A stretch of 64,000 bases of DNA from a virus (Duplodnaviria > Caudoviricetes), in the IMG/VR virus record IMGVR_UViG_3300035698_018668, positions 2,180 through 66,179 of that record. One strand, given 5' to 3'. Below, piece after piece: positions 58,880 through 64,000 of this stretch. The position numbers and the translations under genes are program-made. Below the pieces are notes generated by a model. The model worked only from the letters and a program-made list of their open reading frames with translations, was not told where the DNA came from and ran no database searches. Position 1 is the first letter of the stretch, and each line of letters opens with the position of its first letter.

Positions 58880-59806
58880 TTAAAAATTAATAGGAGATTG
58901 GAAAACCGTTCGGGTTCTGTCCATTGGCTTGGTGTAGTAAAAATCAAACTTGCCATCAAACACACCCTTGAATCGGGTCTCCACAGGGTCATCCGAATAT
59001 CTCTGAATGTAGGTACTGCAATGCTCTTGCTTGACCACAATACCCTTAATTTCATGGGGGTTTGAACGCAGCGATTCCACATCCCACAGCAATAAATCCA
59101 TCGGATAGCCCCGCGTAAACCATTCTGGGTTATGCGAATAATCTTGAATTACCCGAGCTACCATTCTAGGCACTGCATGGCCTTGAAGCGTTAACAAGGC
59201 TCGCAAATACTTTGAAAATGCTCGCAGCATCTCAAGAATAGGCTCCATTTTCGTGTCGCAATAGAAAATATACCCTGCCGTGGTGTAGCCCATACCTTGG
59301 GGCATTAAGCATTTCGCTCGCAGGGCCTCAATTTCAGTCATGATGACCATGAAGTTAGTTACGATCGCCGATAGTTTTCCGTGGTGCGCTGGAAACTTTC
59401 TCGGGCCTCGATAACCTTTGCTGCTAGACCCTGAGTTACGAGAAAAAACACCCTCAATCCCATCTACTATCCTGGACTCTAATTTATCGAACAGCTCAGC
59501 ATTGAAAAGCCATTGCTTATTCGCCTCGCCATCCTCATTCAAAGGGGCCATAAAACCCCTTCGAACCTCAAATACCCGGTCTCTGAAACTAGGAACTGAA
59601 GTAGCCCAATAGGGTAAATCCATTGCAAAATCAGCTTGCAATTTATATCCAACAGACTCCAGTTCAGGATATTGAAAGTCCTTAATTTCTAGCAGGGCAA
59701 TAAATTTTTTCTGACTGAATAGCGTCGCAATTTGATAAAACGGACGACAGAAATCCTCAACTTTTATTTGCTCGTTCTCCCGAGCCTTAGCGAAACTGTA
59801 ACTCAT
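58880..59806 (-). CDS. hypothetical protein
   Basis: 308-aa ORF with ATGA overlap. Confidence 0.65.
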   Translation of the reverse strand: MSYSFAKARENEQIKVEDFCRPFYQIATLFSQKKFIALLEIKDFQYPELESVGYKLQADFAMDLPYWATSVPSFRDRVFEVRRGFMAPLNEDGEANKQWLFNAELFDKLESRIVDGIEGVFSRNSGSSSKGYRGPRKFPAHHGKLSAIVTNFMVIMTEIEALRAKCLMPQGMGYTTAGYIFYCDTKMEPILEMLRAFSKYLRALLTLQGHAVPRMVARVIQDYSHNPEWFTRGYPMDLLLWDVESLRSNPHEIKGIVVKQEHCSTYIQRYSDDPVETRFKGVFDGKFDFYYTKPMDRTRTVFQSPINF

Positions 59807-60588
59807 GATAATTGCTCCAAAGGTAGTTCTAATTGCGTTATATGGTGAGTGAAATTAGGCACCACGTATTCTTCAAACATCTCGGCATAGGCGATATCGC
59901 CATAAAAACCCCAACAAGAGTCAACCTCCTCGCCCTTGTGCTCCAAGGTAAAACCCCAAATATTGCCGGTTAAGTAATCATCCCAAACCTTAACGTCTGA
60001 CGTTATCCAACCCTGAACACGCTCCTCAGTCTTGGCCGAAATACGCTGGACACTTAAATTTTCACGCACCACGGCTTTGCTCTGGCAAGCAAATCCCACG
60101 ACCCCAGAATCCCAGCGACAAGAAAAGGAACTGGTTGAAATGGTGATACCTGAATGGTCATAGATATAAACCCACGTCCAAACATACAGAGATGAAAACA
60201 ACTCCTGAAGTCTCTCAAAAACATCCGCCCCACTTACTAGGCGCTCCTCTAAGCCATAGAAATAACTTTCAACGTCATAATTTACCTTGTCTTGGATCAA
60301 GTCCATCATCGCCGCTCTAACGTCTGAGTAGTTATGCTTTAGGCCAATATTGTAGCGCCTGTGAAAAGTATAAAGCTGAGTGACCAGCTCCATTTCACAG
60401 GGCGGATCCATGCAGTCGGTCTCTCTCACAAACTCCAACTTCCAATCGCCTTGGGCTTGGAATTCATAACTTTCCTCAGAGGTGAAATTATTTTGGAAAA
60501 CCGCCTCCACAAGAGCGGGGAGGGCATTGTGTAGGGCCGTTACTTTAGGTAAAACCCGATTTTTTATTGCTTGTATTTCAGTATTCAT
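59803..60588 (-). CDS. hypothetical early protein (possible anti-defence)
   Basis: Motif-type start. YDHSGITIS..WDSGVVGF..DSCWGFYG. Confidence 0.6.
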   Translation of the reverse strand: MNTEIQAIKNRVLPKVTALHNALPALVEAVFQNNFTSEESYEFQAQGDWKLEFVRETDCMDPPCEMELVTQLYTFHRRYNIGLKHNYSDVRAAMMDLIQDKVNYDVESYFYGLEERLVSGADVFERLQELFSSLYVWTWVYIYDHSGITISTSSFSCRWDSGVVGFACQSKAVVRENLSVQRISAKTEERVQGWITSDVKVWDDYLTGNIWGFTLEHKGEEVDSCWGFYGDIAYAEMFEEYVVPNFTHHITQLELPLEQLS

Positions 60589-60649
60589 ATCGTCAATTCC
60601 TAAGGTTGTTTTGAAGTGTTCATGTGAACACTCCAGTTAAGTTAATTAG

Positions 60650-60895
60650 TTACCTAGCAGGGTCTAGCAAGCGAATAAAGACCCAAGGTTTACCTTTGGG
60701 GCGGTGGTACCATTCTCCAGTTTCTTGCAACACGGGCAGCACTTCAGTTTCAAAGCAAAAGCCCCGCCGAGCACAAAAACTTTTAGCGACTCGCTCACCC
60801 GTTTTCTGAGGCATCACTTGTCGGGCCCATTTGTATTTCTCTGAAAAACGGACTTGTAAGCCTATTTGTAGGCGCATTCCAGTTATGATCCCCAT
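60650..60895 (-). CDS. hypothetical protein
   Basis: AGGTG RBS, 81 aa. Confidence 0.4.
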   Translation of the reverse strand: MGIITGMRLQIGLQVRFSEKYKWARQVMPQKTGERVAKSFCARRGFCFETEVLPVLQETGEWYHRPKGKPWVFIRLLDPAR

Positions 60896-61041
60896 AAATC
60901 ACCTAAAACCTAACGTTAAAGGGGTCAAATTGGAACGCTGAGCTACTTTCTCGCGCTTTTTGATATATCCTACGCTGGAACGAACGCGAGGCTTTAAAAG
61001 CTCGCACAGGGCTTTTTCTCTTTTTTCTAATTCAAGCAGAT

Positions 61042-61368
61042 TCACGCGGATTCCTCCAACTGACAAGACCAAACATATTCCCCCACGCCATTCTCAACGT
61101 GAAACTCATCCGCCACGCCAAACAATCGAATGTTGCTGGCCGTAGGTGCTGCAAAATTGAGGTTTCGAAAGTTAAAGGGCTTGTCTTCCCACAAGGCAGC
61201 ATTCAGCAACATGCACGGCAAACCATCCAAAGTAATGTCTATGAGTAGGCCATAGGCTTTGTCTAAGCTCATGTAACGCGCTTTCTTGTTGCTTGAATAG
61301 AAGAGTACTGCTTTAGGGAGTTCTGTCGCTTGAGAGGGCTCCCAAGCAAGCTTGTGTATTGTTTTCAT
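61042..61368 (-). CDS. hypothetical early protein
   Basis: Motif-type start at 61368. Confidence 0.6.
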   Translation of the reverse strand: MKTIHKLAWEPSQATELPKAVLFYSSNKKARYMSLDKAYGLLIDITLDGLPCMLLNAALWEDKPFNFRNLNFAAPTASNIRLFGVADEFHVENGVGEYVWSCQLEESA

Positions 61369-61966
61369 CGTCAATTCCAAATTATTGGTTAGTTAATTAT
61401 ATTTTGCCGAAGTGTTCACGTGAACACCCCGACAACCCAGCTAGAGTAGCATCCCCCTAAAACCCAACGCAACTACTTCTCAATACCCCAAACTCCAGAC
61501 TCGAACAACAATTGAAAACCTAGACGCGAGATTTATTTGTTGCATGGCCTTTTGTTTGCGTGAACCTAAACGAATTTAGGTATAGGTATTCATAAAATAA
61601 ATTGGGCAGGGGGGTTTTGAGTCATGCCCTTTTCTTTTTAGTTTCTTGAAACTTTAAACTAACGGTTTCAATAGAAAAAGTTTAGGCTTTTCTTTTGGTT
61701 TTCTGCCACGCTCGCAGTTTATGTTATCATTCATAATCTATTAAAGAGTAAAAGTTTATTGACAAGATTTTTTTTTCCTTGAGTTAGCTTATAGAAATAG
61801 AGCTTAGAGAATTTTGTTCTAAATCCTCTGAACGCGAGTGTAGCACCTAGATGGAGGCATAGGGGCCAATCGAGATAAGTTCCTAAAATGAGGGTTTCGG
61901 ACAAGGCCTGAAAAACGGGCTTTTTTGCTGGTTAAAAAATGAACAGCAAAAATGTTTTTAAAACGC

Positions 61967-62158
61967 CTAGATTAACTCGAAAGTTTCGCCGCAAGTCGAC
62001 CGCATTTCACGCTCAATTTCACCCAAATAAGCGAGAACTTCGACCATTTTTGAACGCCAAACTGGACGTAAATCCAGCCTTTTTAAGCCTAAAAAAGCGC
62101 CTGTTTTGCTGTTTTTTACCACAATAAGGGTTGTTTTGGTATTGGTATTTATACGCAT
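61967..62158 (-). CDS. hypothetical early protein
   Basis: Motif-type start at 62158. Confidence 0.5.
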   Translation of the reverse strand: MRINTNTKTTLIVVKNSKTGAFLGLKRLDLRPVWRSKMVEVLAYLGEIEREMRSTCGETFELI

Positions 62159-62524
62159 CGTCAATTCTCCGATAGGCCTGAGGCCGTTGTTTTTTTTGGG
62201 GCGGTCTAGGTTAATACTTAGGCCGTTGGGGGTGTTAAAGATTTTTGTAAAGGGTTCACGTGAACACCTTTAAAAACCCACATGAAGCCGTTTTGAGGGT
62301 GCTACAAAAGGGCTTGATTTAGGTTCTTGGGTTTGGTTTTAGGCTTTGCGGATGGTTTTCAGGGTGTTTAATATCCGCTAAAAGCACACATTATGTTAAA
62401 TTGGTAAAGCTTTCTTTCGGGCCTTACCTCAGTTTTTGGGACTGTGCCAAAATTTCTCACCTTGCACCAAAAGGGTGCAAAACGTCCAAATTTAGACTTA
62501 AAAATAGCCAAAAACCCCTCTTTT

Positions 62525-62689
62525 TCATCGCAGAACCTCCCTTAAAACGAGTAATAAACTCCATACTACTAGCCCTGAAATACCTAAAACCATTGGTATG
62601 TTTAGGCCTTGGACCAGCATGTACAAACTCAATAATCCAACCGTAAAAAGAACCATCATAACTAGTGCATACAGCAAAAATTGTTTCAT
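62525..62689 (-). CDS. 54-aa two-TM peptide (not in ORF track)
   Basis: AAGGA RBS. MKQFLLYALVMMVLFTVGLLSLYMLVQGLNIPMVLGISGLVVWSLLLVLREVLR. Confidence 0.55.
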   Translation of the reverse strand: MKQFLLYALVMMVLFTVGLLSLYMLVQGLNIPMVLGISGLVVWSLLLVLREVLR

Positions 62690-62830
62690 TTTATTTCCTT
62701 AATAATGGGGTGTTCACGTGAACACTTGTAAAACCTGGCGACCGCGAAGGAAACTGGGGACCCCCATTTTCCTTCGCGCGTTTTTATAAACCCCACCCCA
62801 ACCAGCACGCCTAGGCGCATGTAACAGGGC

Positions 62831-62874
<44 letters not shown>

Positions 62875-62999
62875 ATGCGCTTAATAGCGGGGCATGCTGT
62901 TAAAAAACAAAAGTATTCACGTGAACACTTTTGTTTTGTAACAAGCACAAAAAACAGGCCTTAGGCTTGCGCCTTGGGCCCTGTATTAGGCTTGTCTAC

Positions 63000-63746
63000 T
63001 TAGTGTGCTTCATGGGCCGTCTCGGGGCGCATGCTATTGACTAACTCCAGCATGGCCTTGCTCACTAGCACGCTTTGCTTATCGTTCAACTTGGCTTCAG
63101 TCTTAACACGTTTTGTTAGCTCGATGACCTTCGCGTCAAGTAACTTTTGAACCTTGGTTAGTTCGGTATCAATGGCCGATTGCATAACGGTCGCAGCTGG
63201 TACGGTCGCAGCGTCCGCTTGCTTGCCCTTGGTTGCGGCCTTGGCTGGCTGTTCTTTTTTCGCTGGCTTGTTTACGGCTTTAATCTTAGTTTCTACGGTA
63301 GGAATGAAGCCGTTTAAGAATTCCATCCAATCGGTACGGTTTGAAGGCGCTTCAGTTTTGCCGAAGTCTATGGCCGTGAATATTTGCTTTGCAACATCGC
63401 TGTAGGCCTTGCTTAAGTCGACCGCTTCGACTTGCTTAAGTACTGGCTTTAGGTGCTCGACATTGGCTTGAATTGGCTTAACATAACGTGAGAAGAAATT
63501 GTGTACTTTATTATATAAAGGATGTTTCTTTTTGTTCGGTTCGGCTTTTGTGCCCTTGATATTAAAGAACGCTAATAATTCGGGTTCTTTTGTGCAGTCA
63601 ATCGCTGGGTTGTTAATAAAGGCAAGCGCAAGTGCTACGCGGACGCTATCGGCTTGCATCTCGCCTTGTGTTGCGGCTTTCAAAAATGAGGTCGCTTTAG
63701 TAGCTGAAAGAATGTTGTTTTTAGTTGCTGTAGTTAATGTAGTCAT
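63000..63746 (-). CDS. hypothetical A/K-rich early protein
   Basis: Motif-type start (GGAATTGACGAAATG) downstream of a palindrome copy. Confidence 0.7.
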   Translation of the reverse strand: MTTLTTATKNNILSATKATSFLKAATQGEMQADSVRVALALAFINNPAIDCTKEPELLAFFNIKGTKAEPNKKKHPLYNKVHNFFSRYVKPIQANVEHLKPVLKQVEAVDLSKAYSDVAKQIFTAIDFGKTEAPSNRTDWMEFLNGFIPTVETKIKAVNKPAKKEQPAKAATKGKQADAATVPAATVMQSAIDTELTKVQKLLDAKVIELTKRVKTEAKLNDKQSVLVSKAMLELVNSMRPETAHEAH

Positions 63747-64000
63747 TTCGTCAATTCCTATTGTGTTGTTTGAAGTGTTCATGTGAACACTTGTTAATGT
63801 TATCCGCGTTTTGCGGCGCTGGGCTGTTCCAACGTGTAAGCACTATAGAAGGGGGGGTGCTAAAACTGCAAGCATTAGGGGCTAAGTGGGGGGGCAGCCC
63901 CCTCACCCCACCCCAAAAATTTTCCGAATTTCACTCCGGTGTAACCCAGTACCTCAATGCAAAAAACTAGCAAAAATACCAATAAACCAGCGATTGTTAC

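Noticed and set aside
61735-61790. TTGACA at 61759 as an early promoter
   Set aside because: No convincing -10 box at 16-18 bp on either strand by eye. Left unresolved.

Overview
The whole window is part of one tailed-phage genome (lambda-like siphovirus tail, temperate), apparently in its free form because attP is intact. It has two converging arms. The + strand (1-26.3 kb) carries the tail tube, chaperones, tape measure, M/L/K/I/J-like tail tip, fibre accessories and a GH108 lysis cassette. A tRNA-Ser(TGA)-derived attP follows at ~26.4 kb. The - strand (26.5-63.8 kb) carries integrase/excisionase, SbcCD, a resolvase, primase-helicase, family A polymerase, exonucleases, a helicase, HTH proteins and an early anti-defence region. 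Head and packaging genes lie outside the window. Main observation: about 35 gene starts on both arms share an extended start-site motif, (T/A)GGAATTGACGATG, spanning the SD, spacer and start codon. The only antisense copy I found away from a gene start lies in the loop of a ~80-nt intergenic RNA (~8160-8240) with its own sigma70-like promoter and intrinsic terminator. This suggests one phage sRNA that base-pairs with the initiation regions of most phage genes. Other oddities: 11 copies of a 16-bp palindrome upstream of early genes, an in-frame TGA at a Trp-like position in a virion gene, a membrane-anchored PAS protein, a cassette-like array with repeated gene junctions, and a (TG)20 tract. 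All motif counts and family calls were made by eye; no searches were run.
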